Origin: Candidatus Thermosaccharophagus tengchongensis
Lineage (GTDB): Bacteria; Armatimonadota; Fervidibacteria; Fervidibacterales; Thermosaccharophagaceae
Assembly: GCA_032161105.1 (NCBI GenBank)
Contig: JAVHTD010000018.1
Direction: 5' to 3' (one strand)
DNA: 60,322 nucleotides
The translations under genes and the position numbers were made by a program. A model generated the notes under the pieces. That model made no database searches. It was not told the origin of the DNA and saw only the letters and a program-made list of their open reading frames with translations. Shown one piece after another: positions 29,178 to 39,215 of this stretch. How positions within the stretch are numbered: position 1 is the first letter of the stretch; the number at the start of each line of letters is the position of its first letter.

Positions 29178-29606
29178 ATGGTGCGAAAATGGGTAGCTAT
29201 TATTGCTGTGCTCATGGTTGCGATGATGGCTTTTACATTCGTCCATGCTCAACTTGGAAGGGTTCTTAAGGGTGCTGCCATAGCGTTTGTGGTCAAGCAA
29301 TTTGGCAGGCAGATTAACGAAGGGATAAATGCGGCTTTGCTCAATCGCAAGTGGGAGCATAGGAAAGCTACAAAGGTTGTCCCGATTGTGAGCATCGGCA
29401 GCGGTGCATATGTGGGCGCAGCGCAGGTTATCGGTGACGAGGACAAGGTGAAGGAAGTTGAGGCTGTGGCTCAGATTGAGCTTGACTTGCCTGGGAAAGC
29501 GAGGGCAAAGGTGCTCATACCTGTGGATAAAGTTGGGTTGAATGTTACCGAGATGAAAAGGGTTTACGATGTTGGCGTCTCAGCAGTCATTGACATAAAG
29601 TTGTAA
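29178..29606 (+). CDS. Small secreted hypothetical protein
   Basis: GGAGG RBS, signal peptide ending VHA, TKVVPIVSIGSGAYVGAAQV core. Confidence 0.75.
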   Translation: MVRKWVAIIAVLMVAMMAFTFVHAQLGRVLKGAAIAFVVKQFGRQINEGINAALLNRKWEHRKATKVVPIVSIGSGAYVGAAQVIGDEDKVKEVEAVAQIELDLPGKARAKVLIPVDKVGLNVTEMKRVYDVGVSAVIDIKL

Positions 29607-29728
29607 TGAATTTGGAACTGCTTGGTTGAACGCAGGGCAACTGTTTCCTCAAAAGCTTGCTAAACTTCGCTTGTGGGCATGGCAGTGCTACTATGCGAAA
29701 AGGATTGCTGAGATGTGGGGGAAAGGTC

Positions 29729-30559
29729 ATGGCAGGCGATAGTTCAAGGCAGTGGAGTTTGGTAAGATGGGTGCCTTTAGCCTCAGTTGTGGTTGTCCTC
29801 TACTTCCTGATGGCGTATGCTAACCCATTTGAGGACATCCTCTCAGCAGTTGTGCGCTTAACTGTTGGCGGTCGCTCCATGACTGGTTTCATTGTGGCGA
29901 TTAGCGATCCCGAGGGAAAGCCGATACATTTGTTAGTTACAGCTGCACACGGGTTTCTTGAGACAAAGGAGCCAAATTGTTCCGTAATCTTTCGGGTGAT
30001 TGGTGAGAACAAAGAGATTAAGCGCTTTGAGAAGAGCATCCCGATCAAAGCCGAGGATAAACCGCTGTGGGTGAAACATCCGAATTTAGATGTGGCAATC
30101 TTGCCAATAGAGTTGCCAGAAAATGCGGTTTTGAAGCCGTTTTCTTCCGAACAAATTGCAAGCAGTGAACTCATTGAGCAAGGCAAAGTTCATGTTGGTC
30201 AAGATGTCTACATACCGTGCTATCCCGTAAAAATTGAGTCAAATCCGATGGGTTGGGCTGTGTTGAGAAAAGGCATCATATCATCGCACCCGCTAACACC
30301 AGTGGAGAGAATTAGGGCATTTCTTGTGGATTACTCAACATTCGGTGGTGATAGCGGTGCCCCAGTCGTGGCACTTGTTGACGGAAAACCGATTGTTGTT
30401 GGCATCGTTGTAGGGATGATGAGACAAACAGATGTGACGAAGATACCATTTGAGGAGAGGGTAGTTCACACGCCAATTGGGCTTGCCATAGCCGTTCAGG
30501 CTCATTTTATCCACGAAATGATTGAAAAATGGGAGCAAACCAAGATGGGAGGTGGATAA
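29729..30559 (+). CDS. Trypsin-like (S1) serine protease, exported
   Basis: VTAAHG (His), LDVAIL (Asp) and GDSGAP (Ser); N-terminal hydrophobic segment. Confidence 0.88.
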   Translation: MAGDSSRQWSLVRWVPLASVVVVLYFLMAYANPFEDILSAVVRLTVGGRSMTGFIVAISDPEGKPIHLLVTAAHGFLETKEPNCSVIFRVIGENKEIKRFEKSIPIKAEDKPLWVKHPNLDVAILPIELPENAVLKPFSSEQIASSELIEQGKVHVGQDVYIPCYPVKIESNPMGWAVLRKGIISSHPLTPVERIRAFLVDYSTFGGDSGAPVVALVDGKPIVVGIVVGMMRQTDVTKIPFEERVVHTPIGLAIAVQAHFIHEMIEKWEQTKMGGG

Positions 30560-30561
30560 AG

Positions 30562-33500
30562 ATGCACAGCATGATGCGCTATGTAGCGAACAGCTTTATG
30601 GGAAGGTTAGCCGTATGGTCGTTGGTAATTGGACTTTTCTTGATGACAGCAGTTGGCATAACCATACAAAAGTTCAGGGGACAGGCGGCGAAACAAGTTG
30701 CATTTGCTCAATCGGAAGTCAGCATCAAACCCGTCCCAATGCCGCTCAATTCCATCGGCGTGCTTATAACTTTTGGCTTGACCGATAAGGAGCCAACGAA
30801 CTGGTCGGGAGAAATATCGCTAAGTAGTGGGCAAATCATCTCCATAACTGGCTTTAGGCTCGGACCAAAAATGGAAATTGAAGGCAATCGGTTTACCATA
30901 AGGTCAAGGTTTGCAGGTCCCCAACAGAAGGTGATAATCCAGCCGCAGATTTTTGCGGTTATTTCTGCCACAGAAGACGCCACTATGACGGTATCAACTA
31001 AGCAGGGAGAATTTTCCATAAAAGTTGGAGATTTATCATTTTGGCAGCCAAAGCAGTTCCTTGATGGCAGAGTGCAAGTTGAGCGTGCCTTGCCGACTTT
31101 CAAATTAACCCAAAATAAAAAAGAGGAGGATTTCCCAGCTGCAACAGCGGATTTTGAGGGCAACTTATGGCTTGCCTATGTCGCCTATACTCACGGTGGG
31201 GCACCAGATCTAAGCCAGCCTTTGTCCGAAGAGCCCAAGGATTTTTCCTTCCTTGTTCCGAAGGGGAATGGAGACCAAGTTTGGCTGGCAAAATTTGATG
31301 GAAAAGAATGGAGTGAACCCATACCTGTCACTGAAAACGGTCTTGATGTCTGGAAGCCAACTGTGGCAGTTGGCATTGATGGAGGCATTTGGGTAATTTG
31401 GTCGCAAAACTTGAATGGAAATTGGGAGTTGCTTGCAAGGAAATTTGATACAAAGGCAAACAAACTTGGCGGAATTGAACGGCTGACAAATTCTCAAGGT
31501 GCTGACATAAATGCTGTAGCCGCTGTTGATAAAAGTGGAAACATTTGGGTTGCGTGGCAAAGTTGGCAGAATGACAATTTTGACATCGTTTTGATGAGAT
31601 TGCAGGATAAAAAGCCAATTCGTGTATCCACAAGCAAGGCGAACGATTGGTCGCCAGCAATTGCTGTCGGTAAGGACGGAAATGTGTTTGTAGCATGGGA
31701 TACATATGACAGGGGTAACTATGATGTTTGGATGGCAGAGGTTCGTGGTGGCAAAATCATGCGCTATCCGATCGCAATTACGCCAAGATTTGAAGCAAGA
31801 CCAAGCATTGCCATTGATGAGCAAAATCGCCTATGGATTGCCTATGAAGAGGACGAAGTTAGTTGGGGGAAAGATTTTGCCGGGCTTGGTGGAACGCATG
31901 CGCTAACTGTAGCAAAGTTTAATAAAGGCATTCCACTTTACTTCAATCGGACTGTTAGAGTGAGATGCTGGGCTAATGGGAAGCTTTGGACTACTGTCAG
32001 TCAATTAAGGGATAACTTCCCGAAAGAGGTGCAAAGGAGCATCAGCCATCCAAGAATAGGTGTGGATAGTGATGGGCGAATATGGCTACTTTTCAGACAC
32101 GCAACGAATCCTGACGGAAGCCAAGAGAATTGGATGAGCTACGCTACATTCTACGATGGTGAGAAATGGAGTGTTCCATTGCCCATCATGAACTCAACCA
32201 ATATTATGGATGTTCGTCCAGCCATGGCATCAGTTGGTGGGAAAACGCTGATTGCTATTTTCCCAAGCGATAAGCGTCCGGGCGGGACTGGTTCAAGAGC
32301 TGATAGCGATGTATTTGCAACCATACTTTCCGTGCCCTCAGCCGCAAATCCGCCAAAATTATCGGAAATATCCCCAGATGTTGAGGAGGAATTGCAAGCC
32401 ATACCGCCCGCAAAACGCCGCCAAGTAAGGCAGGAAAGGCGAAAGAAAGCCATTGCCACTGGCGAGTATGTCCCTCAGGAAGTTGTCCATCCGAATGAGG
32501 CAAAAGAAATCGCCCGCATGAGGAATTTCAGGGTTAAAATTGGAAAAACTGAATATATGCTGCTTCGTGGCGAGTTCCATCGGCATACCGAGCTTACATC
32601 CCATCGTGATCAGGATGGAACGCTTGAAGATGCATGGCGTTATGCACTTGATGCTGCCGACATGGATTGGATGGGCTTGGGAGACCACGATAACGGCTAC
32701 CATCAAGAATATCATTGGTGGATTTCGCAAAAAATGACGGATATTTTCAACCACCCGCCAAGGTTTGTAACCGTCTTCACATATGAACGCAGTGTCCCAT
32801 ACCCAAGTGGGCATCGCAATGTGCTTTTTGCACAAAGAGGCATAAGACCTCTTCCAAGGCTTGGTGGGGCAAAGGAAGAAAAGCTGCTTATGGGAACTCC
32901 TGAAGCAGGTTCTCCGGATGTCAAAATGCTCTACAGATATTTGCGAGAATTTGGCGGAATTTGTGCCTCTCACACATCGGCAACTGGCATGGGAACAGAC
33001 TGGCGTGACAATGACCCAGTAGCGGAACCAATCGTTGAAATTTACCAAGGGCATAGGCAAAATTATGAGTTTCTTGGGGCTCCAAGGAGCGCCACGAACC
33101 AAAAGGAATCAATTGGCGGTTGGCAGCCAGCTGGGTTTGTTTGGAATGCTTTCAAGAGGGGATACAAACTTGGTTTCCAATGCAGCAGCGACCACATTAG
33201 CACTCATATGAGTTATGCCGTTGTTTTTGCTGAAAAACCGGCAAGGCAAGCGATAGTTGACGCATTCAAAAAACGCCACAGCTATGGCGCAACTGACAAC
33301 ATTTTGCTCGTTGTCACATGTGGTGAGCATCTGATGGGAGATGCCTTCGTTACAAGGACACCACCTGTGTTGGATATTTATGTCATAGGGACTGCTCCCA
33401 TAGCGAAATTGCACATAATTAAGGACTTCCAGCATGTTTACACAGTTGAGCCGAAGAAAAGCGAAGTGAAATTGAAGTGGCAAGATAAAGCGGCAGAAAA

Positions 33501-33588
33501 GGGGAAAGTAAGCTGGTATTATGTGCGTGTTGAGCAAGAGAATGAGCAGCTTGCTTGGTCAAGTCCAATGTGGATTAGATATGAATGA
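30562..33588 (+). CDS. Exported beta-propeller plus PHP-fold metallohydrolase (DUF3604/CehA-McbA-like)
   Basis: Repeats of the type PxxAxDxxGxxWVAW; metal ligands GEFHRHT, DHD, GHRN, SHT, EIYQ and SSDH. GGGAGG RBS. Confidence 0.75.
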   Translation: MHSMMRYVANSFMGRLAVWSLVIGLFLMTAVGITIQKFRGQAAKQVAFAQSEVSIKPVPMPLNSIGVLITFGLTDKEPTNWSGEISLSSGQIISITGFRLGPKMEIEGNRFTIRSRFAGPQQKVIIQPQIFAVISATEDATMTVSTKQGEFSIKVGDLSFWQPKQFLDGRVQVERALPTFKLTQNKKEEDFPAATADFEGNLWLAYVAYTHGGAPDLSQPLSEEPKDFSFLVPKGNGDQVWLAKFDGKEWSEPIPVTENGLDVWKPTVAVGIDGGIWVIWSQNLNGNWELLARKFDTKANKLGGIERLTNSQGADINAVAAVDKSGNIWVAWQSWQNDNFDIVLMRLQDKKPIRVSTSKANDWSPAIAVGKDGNVFVAWDTYDRGNYDVWMAEVRGGKIMRYPIAITPRFEARPSIAIDEQNRLWIAYEEDEVSWGKDFAGLGGTHALTVAKFNKGIPLYFNRTVRVRCWANGKLWTTVSQLRDNFPKEVQRSISHPRIGVDSDGRIWLLFRHATNPDGSQENWMSYATFYDGEKWSVPLPIMNSTNIMDVRPAMASVGGKTLIAIFPSDKRPGGTGSRADSDVFATILSVPSAANPPKLSEISPDVEEELQAIPPAKRRQVRQERRKKAIATGEYVPQEVVHPNEAKEIARMRNFRVKIGKTEYMLLRGEFHRHTELTSHRDQDGTLEDAWRYALDAADMDWMGLGDHDNGYHQEYHWWISQKMTDIFNHPPRFVTVFTYERSVPYPSGHRNVLFAQRGIRPLPRLGGAKEEKLLMGTPEAGSPDVKMLYRYLREFGGICASHTSATGMGTDWRDNDPVAEPIVEIYQGHRQNYEFLGAPRSATNQKESIGGWQPAGFVWNAFKRGYKLGFQCSSDHISTHMSYAVVFAEKPARQAIVDAFKKRHSYGATDNILLVVTCGEHLMGDAFVTRTPPVLDIYVIGTAPIAKLHIIKDFQHVYTVEPKKSEVKLKWQDKAAEKGKVSWYYVRVEQENEQLAWSSPMWIRYE

Positions 33589-33615
33589 GTGGGATTTGAG
33601 GTGCAGGTGGTAGAA

Positions 33616-34995
33616 ATGCCCAAAATTAGCCGAAGAAATATCCTGAAAGCGGCATTGGGCGGGGCAATCGGGTTAAGGATAAGCGACTTTAAAAGTATGG
33701 CGGGAGAGCAACGAAAACCGAATATAATCGTCATTATCGTTGACGATATGGGATATGCTGATGTTGGCTTTCAGGGTTGCGAGGATATACCGACACCAAA
33801 TATTGATTCGTTGGCGAAAAATGGGATAAAATTCACAAATGGCTATGTCTCACATCCATGGTGTGCGCCAACAAGAGCCGGTTTGATAACAGGGCGATAT
33901 CAACAGCGCTTTGGGTTTGAACATAACCCTCGTTTTGATTTTAACGACGAGATCGCAGGCATATCCGAGGGCGAAACTACCCTCCCACAGTTGCTGAAGG
34001 AGGCTGGCTATTCGTGTGGTATAGTCGGCAAATGGCACTTGGGTGCCCATGAGAAGTTTCACCCAATAAAGAGAGGCTTTGATGAGTTTTTTGGATTTAG
34101 GGGTGGCGGGCACGATTATTTCAAGTCACGCGATACAATTGATGCACCAATGTATCAATTGCCACTTGAACGGAATTTTGGCAAATGGGAACCGCTTAAG
34201 GGCTACCTAACTTTTGTCATCGCTGATGAGGCAGTTCAATTCATCAAACGCCACTCTAATAAGCCATTTTTCCTATACCTTGCTTTCAACGCTCCGCATG
34301 CCCCTTTGCAGGCTCCTGAGGAATATGTCCGCAAATTTGAGCACATTTCTGACAAACGGCGGCGGCTTTATGCCGCAATGGTAAGTGCCCTTGATGATGC
34401 TGTCGGTCAGGTCATACGGACTATTCGTGATTTAGGCATGGAGGAAGATACCGTCATCTTCTTCCTGAGTGATAATGGTGGTCCAATTGGCGATGCAAGT
34501 AATGGTTCACGTAATGACCCGCTTCGTGGCGGTAAAGGCGGATTGTATGAGGGTGGAATTCGTGTGCCGTTTGTCATCCAGTGGAAGAGGGGCTTGCCAG
34601 CTGGAAAAGTTTATGAGCATCCAATCATCTGTCTTGACATTTTTACAACTGCATTGGCAATTGCGGGTGCCCCTCTTCCAAAGGATAGGAAAATTGACGG
34701 TGTGAATTTGCTGCCATATTTGCGCGGTGAACGGATAGAAATGCCGCATGAATTTCTGTTCTGGCGAATTGGCGGCGGCACATGGATGGCTGTGAGAAAT
34801 GCTCGCTACAAACTGCACCGAAGGAAAAACGGGGATGTTGAGCTTTATGACTTGCATGCCGATGTTGGGGAGCAGAAAAATATAGCAAAAGACCTGCCCA
34901 AAGTTGTAGAGCAGTTGAACGAGGTTTTGGATAAGTGGAATTCCGAACTTATCTCGCCAATTGTCCCACCGCCCAAGAAGGGAGAGGCAACATAG
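33616..34995 (+). CDS. Cys-type sulfatase (S1) with a twin-arginine leader
   Basis: SRRNILK, IVDDMG, CAPTR, GKWHLG, SDNG and YEGGIRVPF. Confidence 0.95.
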   Translation: MPKISRRNILKAALGGAIGLRISDFKSMAGEQRKPNIIVIIVDDMGYADVGFQGCEDIPTPNIDSLAKNGIKFTNGYVSHPWCAPTRAGLITGRYQQRFGFEHNPRFDFNDEIAGISEGETTLPQLLKEAGYSCGIVGKWHLGAHEKFHPIKRGFDEFFGFRGGGHDYFKSRDTIDAPMYQLPLERNFGKWEPLKGYLTFVIADEAVQFIKRHSNKPFFLYLAFNAPHAPLQAPEEYVRKFEHISDKRRRLYAAMVSALDDAVGQVIRTIRDLGMEEDTVIFFLSDNGGPIGDASNGSRNDPLRGGKGGLYEGGIRVPFVIQWKRGLPAGKVYEHPIICLDIFTTALAIAGAPLPKDRKIDGVNLLPYLRGERIEMPHEFLFWRIGGGTWMAVRNARYKLHRRKNGDVELYDLHADVGEQKNIAKDLPKVVEQLNEVLDKWNSELISPIVPPPKKGEAT

Positions 34996-35095
34996 TTTGA
35001 AATTGACACAGAATGACGACAAAAACGGGTCATGATTAGGAGAAGTCCCTGCAAAAGCCCAAATACGAATGGCAATTGGCGTGGAAGTGAGGAAG

Positions 35096-36505
35096 ATGCA
35101 AATTGACAGGAGAAGTTTTCTGAAAAATGTCGCATTAACAGGGATGGCTCTGAGCGAATCGCTCAAATCATTGAGCTATGAAAGAGCCTCACAGTTGCCA
35201 AATTTCGTGTTCATTTGTGCCGATGATTTGGGATGGGGTGACTTGCGCTGTTACGGTCATCCATTTGCAATTACACCCAACCTTGATAGGTTGGCAAAGG
35301 AAGGCATAAGATTTACCCAATTTTATGTCAATTCACCGGTTTGCTCCCCTTCCCGTGTCGCCTTCTTGACAGGTTGCTTTCCATCGCGTTTTCGCATTTG
35401 GGATTATCTCTCAACTTCGGAACTGAATGCAAAGCGAGGCATGCCTGATTCACTTGACCCTCAAGTTGTCACATTGCCAAAACTGCTCAAGAAAGCCGGC
35501 TATATATGCGGTCACTTTGGGAAATGGCATATGGGCATAATTGAGGCAAAGGAGTATGGTTTTGATGAATATCGCACATTTGCAGGCGGCGGAAGTAATC
35601 AATTCAAAGGCGAAAATTTTATTCGCTATTCAAGTCGGCTCATTGTTGACGAGGCAATACGCTTCATTGAAGCCCACAAAAATGAGCCATTTTTCGTCAA
35701 TATCTGGTTCTTCCATCCTCATGCCCCATTGGACCCCGATGACGAGCAAATTAAACCATACGCCAACCGCGTTGACAAGCGATTAACACCCAACCGCTAC
35801 ATTACACCAGCCCAGGTTTATTACGCAGTTGTGACGGAAATGGACAGGCAAATTGGGAGATTTCTCAAGAAACTTGAGGAACTTGACTTGGCAAAAAATA
35901 CGGTTGTAATGTTCACAAGTGATAACGGTCCAGAAGATATAGCGCTACTTGAAGCCGCTCACAGCGGAGTTGGTAGTCCAGGTCCGTTTCGTGGTCGCAA
36001 GCGCAGCCTTTATGAGGGTGGCATTCGTGTCCCATTTATAGTTCGTTATCCCTTGAAAACTCCGCCTAATCTGGTGGACAGAGAAACGGTGTTGAGCGGC
36101 GTTGATTTGCTCCCAACAATTTGTAAACTTGCCGGAATTTCACTTCCGGATAATTTGCATATTGATGGTGAGGACATGAGTGAGGCATTCTTGGGTAAGC
36201 CTAAGCACCGCACAAAGCCGTTGATGTGGGAATGGCGTTTTCGCCATTTCCACGGTCATTTAATCAATAAAAGCCCGTGCCTCGCTATCCGTGATGGACG
36301 ATGGAAGTTACTCATGAACCCCGACAAAAGCCGCATTGAACTTTATGACATCCATAGCGATCCAATGGAAGTTAATAACCTTGCACAAATTCATCCAGAA
36401 ATTGTTAAACACTTGGCACAGCAATTGCTCTCTTGGCTGGAAACGCTGCCAAAAGAACCGAGACACGAAGATGCAGGGGCCATTTCATACACATTTTCTC
36501 CATAA
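35096..36505 (+). CDS. Cys-type sulfatase (S1) with a twin-arginine leader
   Basis: DRRSFLK, ADDLG, CSPSR, GKWHMG, SDNG and YEGGIRVPF. Confidence 0.95.
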   Translation: MQIDRRSFLKNVALTGMALSESLKSLSYERASQLPNFVFICADDLGWGDLRCYGHPFAITPNLDRLAKEGIRFTQFYVNSPVCSPSRVAFLTGCFPSRFRIWDYLSTSELNAKRGMPDSLDPQVVTLPKLLKKAGYICGHFGKWHMGIIEAKEYGFDEYRTFAGGGSNQFKGENFIRYSSRLIVDEAIRFIEAHKNEPFFVNIWFFHPHAPLDPDDEQIKPYANRVDKRLTPNRYITPAQVYYAVVTEMDRQIGRFLKKLEELDLAKNTVVMFTSDNGPEDIALLEAAHSGVGSPGPFRGRKRSLYEGGIRVPFIVRYPLKTPPNLVDRETVLSGVDLLPTICKLAGISLPDNLHIDGEDMSEAFLGKPKHRTKPLMWEWRFRHFHGHLINKSPCLAIRDGRWKLLMNPDKSRIELYDIHSDPMEVNNLAQIHPEIVKHLAQQLLSWLETLPKEPRHEDAGAISYTFSP

Positions 36506-36506
36506 A

Positions 36507-36532
36507 TTGACAATTGTATTGGCAATTGTCAA
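36507..36532. promoter_or_regulatory. Perfect 10-bp inverted repeat (possible operator or hairpin)
   Basis: TTGACAATTG-tattgg-CAATTGTCAA between sulfatases 2 and 3. Confidence 0.5.
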
Positions 36533-36609
36533 GCTGCCGCACTGTTAGTTTTTGTCAATGTTTTGGGCAATTGTTATCCTAAAACACGATTCCGGGTGTG
36601 AAATCCCTG

Positions 36610-38334
36610 ATGAAGATGAAAAGGCGGCAGGTTTTAAAGGCATTAAGTGGCATAGCCTTTTGGGAGGCTGTTAGCCCAGCCACTAAGGTGAGAAAAATGC
36701 CAAAATATCGCCCAAATGTTGTCTTAATTTTGACTGACGATCAAGGCTGGTGGGATTTGGGATGCTACGGTAATCCCTACATTGAGACACCAAATATTGA
36801 CAAAATTGCGAAAGAAGGCGTCCAATTTATGAGATTTTACGCTACGCCGGTTTGCACTCCCACAAGGGCATGTCTTATGACGGGACGCTACTTCCAGCGC
36901 ACGGGGGCTATTGACACGTTTATGGGTCGTGACACGATGTCCAAGGACGAAATTACATTGGCAGAAATTTTCAAAGAATGTGGCTATAAAACGGCATTGG
37001 TCGGAAAATGGCATCTTGGGCGCTATATGAGGTATCATCCGAACAATCGTGGATTTGACGAATTTTTTGGGTTTTGGCAATACGGCTTCATAAATCGCTA
37101 TTTTGATTCTGACGAACTTTTTTATCAAAATGAGCAAGTTTTTGCAACTGGATATATAACGGATGTTTTGACCGATTTTGCCGCTAATTTTATCCGGGAG
37201 AATTCGGATCGCCCATTCTTCCTATTTTTGTCCTATAATGCGCCACACTTCCCATATTTTGTGCCGGACAAGTATGTGGAACATTATTTGCGAAAGGGGT
37301 TGCCATTAAGGGATGCACAAATTTACGGGATGATCACCTGCATTGACGAAAATGTGGGGCAGATTTTGAAAACCATTGAAGAATGCGGGATTGATGAGAA
37401 TACGATCATAATTTTCATGAGCGATAATGGCGGAGTGAGCAATTGGTGGAAAGGCGGGTTAAGAGGTAGTAAAGGGACAGTTTATGAGGGTGGAATTCGT
37501 GTGCCGTTTATTGCCCGATGGAAGGGACATTTCCCAAGAGGAATTAAAGTTAATGCTATGGCTCATGTTATTGATATTTTCCCGACATTTTGTGAGCTTT
37601 TGGGAGTTCCACCAAAAAGTGACCGAAAGATTGATGGGAAAAGCATCTTGCAGATTTTGCTCAAAGGTAGCAATGAAACTCCGCATGAAGCGCTCTTTTT
37701 CCAGTGGACAAGGGTCAAGCCAAATCCTGACAAAAATTGGGCAATTATTTCGGGAAAATATAAACTTGCAAACGGTGAGTTGTATGATTTGGAAAGTGAT
37801 CCCAGTGAAAAACACGATATTTCGGCACAAAATCCGGAAGTTGTTCGGGAGTTGAGGGGAAAATTTGAAGCATGGTTTGAGGAAGTTACTTCGGGGCAAA
37901 GTTATGAACGAGTGCCGATTGAGATTGGTCGTGAGGATGAAAATCCAGTTGAAATTGATATTACATGGGGAGAAGCCTTTGGCGGGGTGACGATACGACA
38001 CGAACGCTATATTAGGGATAGGGCAGAAAATTGGGGAGAAATTGGGGATTTTGTGCGCTGGAAAATTGAGGCAGTGAAAGAGGGGATCTACGAGATCACA
38101 TTGGCATACTCTTGTCCGCCGAAAGAAGCGGGCTCAATTTTTAGGATTAGCATTGGTAATTCGCATATTGATTGTAAAGTTGAACCCACGCCCGATTGGG
38201 AGGTCTTTCAAAAGCGTGTTGTGGGTAAGATACTTGTCCCTCGTGGGCAGAATTTCTTGGAAATACGCCCAGTTTCAATTAAGGGGAAAGAATTGATGAA
38301 ATTGCACAAGATTTGGCTGAAACTATTGAAGTGA
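36610..38334 (+). CDS. Cys-type arylsulfatase with a C-terminal CBM6/CBM35-like beta-sandwich
   Basis: KRRQVLK, TDDQG, CTPTR, GKWHLG and YEGGIRVPF; C-terminal VRWKIE..EGIYEITLAY...GQNFLEI. Confidence 0.93.
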   Translation: MKMKRRQVLKALSGIAFWEAVSPATKVRKMPKYRPNVVLILTDDQGWWDLGCYGNPYIETPNIDKIAKEGVQFMRFYATPVCTPTRACLMTGRYFQRTGAIDTFMGRDTMSKDEITLAEIFKECGYKTALVGKWHLGRYMRYHPNNRGFDEFFGFWQYGFINRYFDSDELFYQNEQVFATGYITDVLTDFAANFIRENSDRPFFLFLSYNAPHFPYFVPDKYVEHYLRKGLPLRDAQIYGMITCIDENVGQILKTIEECGIDENTIIIFMSDNGGVSNWWKGGLRGSKGTVYEGGIRVPFIARWKGHFPRGIKVNAMAHVIDIFPTFCELLGVPPKSDRKIDGKSILQILLKGSNETPHEALFFQWTRVKPNPDKNWAIISGKYKLANGELYDLESDPSEKHDISAQNPEVVRELRGKFEAWFEEVTSGQSYERVPIEIGREDENPVEIDITWGEAFGGVTIRHERYIRDRAENWGEIGDFVRWKIEAVKEGIYEITLAYSCPPKEAGSIFRISIGNSHIDCKVEPTPDWEVFQKRVVGKILVPRGQNFLEIRPVSIKGKELMKLHKIWLKLLK

Positions 38335-38514
38335 TGTTGACTGAATGAGCTGCATTTAAGTTTTTGAGAGTTAAGGTAAAAACTCCAAGTGCGGTCAAAA
38401 GTTGGGCTTTTGCCCTGTGATGACCAAAACTTGACTAACTCATGAAGGGTTATTACCCTGTAAAATGTTACGGATGAACCATTGCGAAATCTGACATACA
38501 TGGAGGTGAGTAAA

Positions 38515-39174
38515 GTGAAAAGGCGTGAACTCCTAATGACAACTTTTGGAACTTTGGGGTGGTTTGCTATGAAGCAAATTGGCGCAGCGGGAACTGTTTC
38601 GCTCTACGAGCGTCAGAAGGAAGTGGAGCCAATTTTGCAGGAATTAGAAGCAATGCGTGGTAAATTCTCAAATGTTCCGAGGACAGATGGACAACTGCTT
38701 AACATGCTCGTGAAAATTGCCAGGGCAAGAAATGTCCTTGAAGTTGGGACATCAAACGGCTATTCTGCCATCTGGTTTTGTTTGGCATTGGAGGAAACTG
38801 ACGGTCATTTGACAACGATAGAGATAAATCCGGAGAGGGTCAAGATGGCAAAAGAAAACCTGAAAAGAGCCGGATTAAGTCACAGAGTTACAATCATTGA
38901 GGGGGACGGACATAAAGTTGTCCCATTGCTTGATGACAAGTTTGATTTTGTCTTTTTGGATGCCGATAAAGGGCGTGAGCAGGACTATTTTGGCTATCTT
39001 TTCCCCCAGAAACTCGTTGCTGGTGCGGTCATTGCTGTGCATAATGCAATACGGATGAAAGGGGCAATGAAGCGGTATCTTGAAATGATCACCTCTCACC
39101 CGGAATTTGACACAGTGTTCGTAAGCACAACGCTTGATGACGGATTTGTCATAAGCTACTGGCGAAGGAAATGA
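38515..39174 (+). CDS. COMT/CCoAOMT-type SAM-dependent O-methyltransferase with a twin-arginine-like leader
   Basis: VLEVGTSNGYSAIW, TTIEIN, FDFVFLDADK and AVHN. GGAGG RBS before GTG 38515 gives MKRRELL. Confidence 0.9.
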   Translation: MKRRELLMTTFGTLGWFAMKQIGAAGTVSLYERQKEVEPILQELEAMRGKFSNVPRTDGQLLNMLVKIARARNVLEVGTSNGYSAIWFCLALEETDGHLTTIEINPERVKMAKENLKRAGLSHRVTIIEGDGHKVVPLLDDKFDFVFLDADKGREQDYFGYLFPQKLVAGAVIAVHNAIRMKGAMKRYLEMITSHPEFDTVFVSTTLDDGFVISYWRRK

Positions 39175-39215
39175 ACAAGATGGCAGTTGGCGAATTTTGA
39201 GTCAAATCTTGGGAG

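Noticed and set aside
34546..37509. Identical 27-nt stretch TATGAGGGTGGAATTCGTGTGCCGTTT in sulfatases 1 and 3 (34546, 37483)
   Set aside because: It encodes the conserved YEGGIRVPF motif and the flanks diverge. This is not a CRISPR repeat, a DGR template/variable pair or a mobile-element end.
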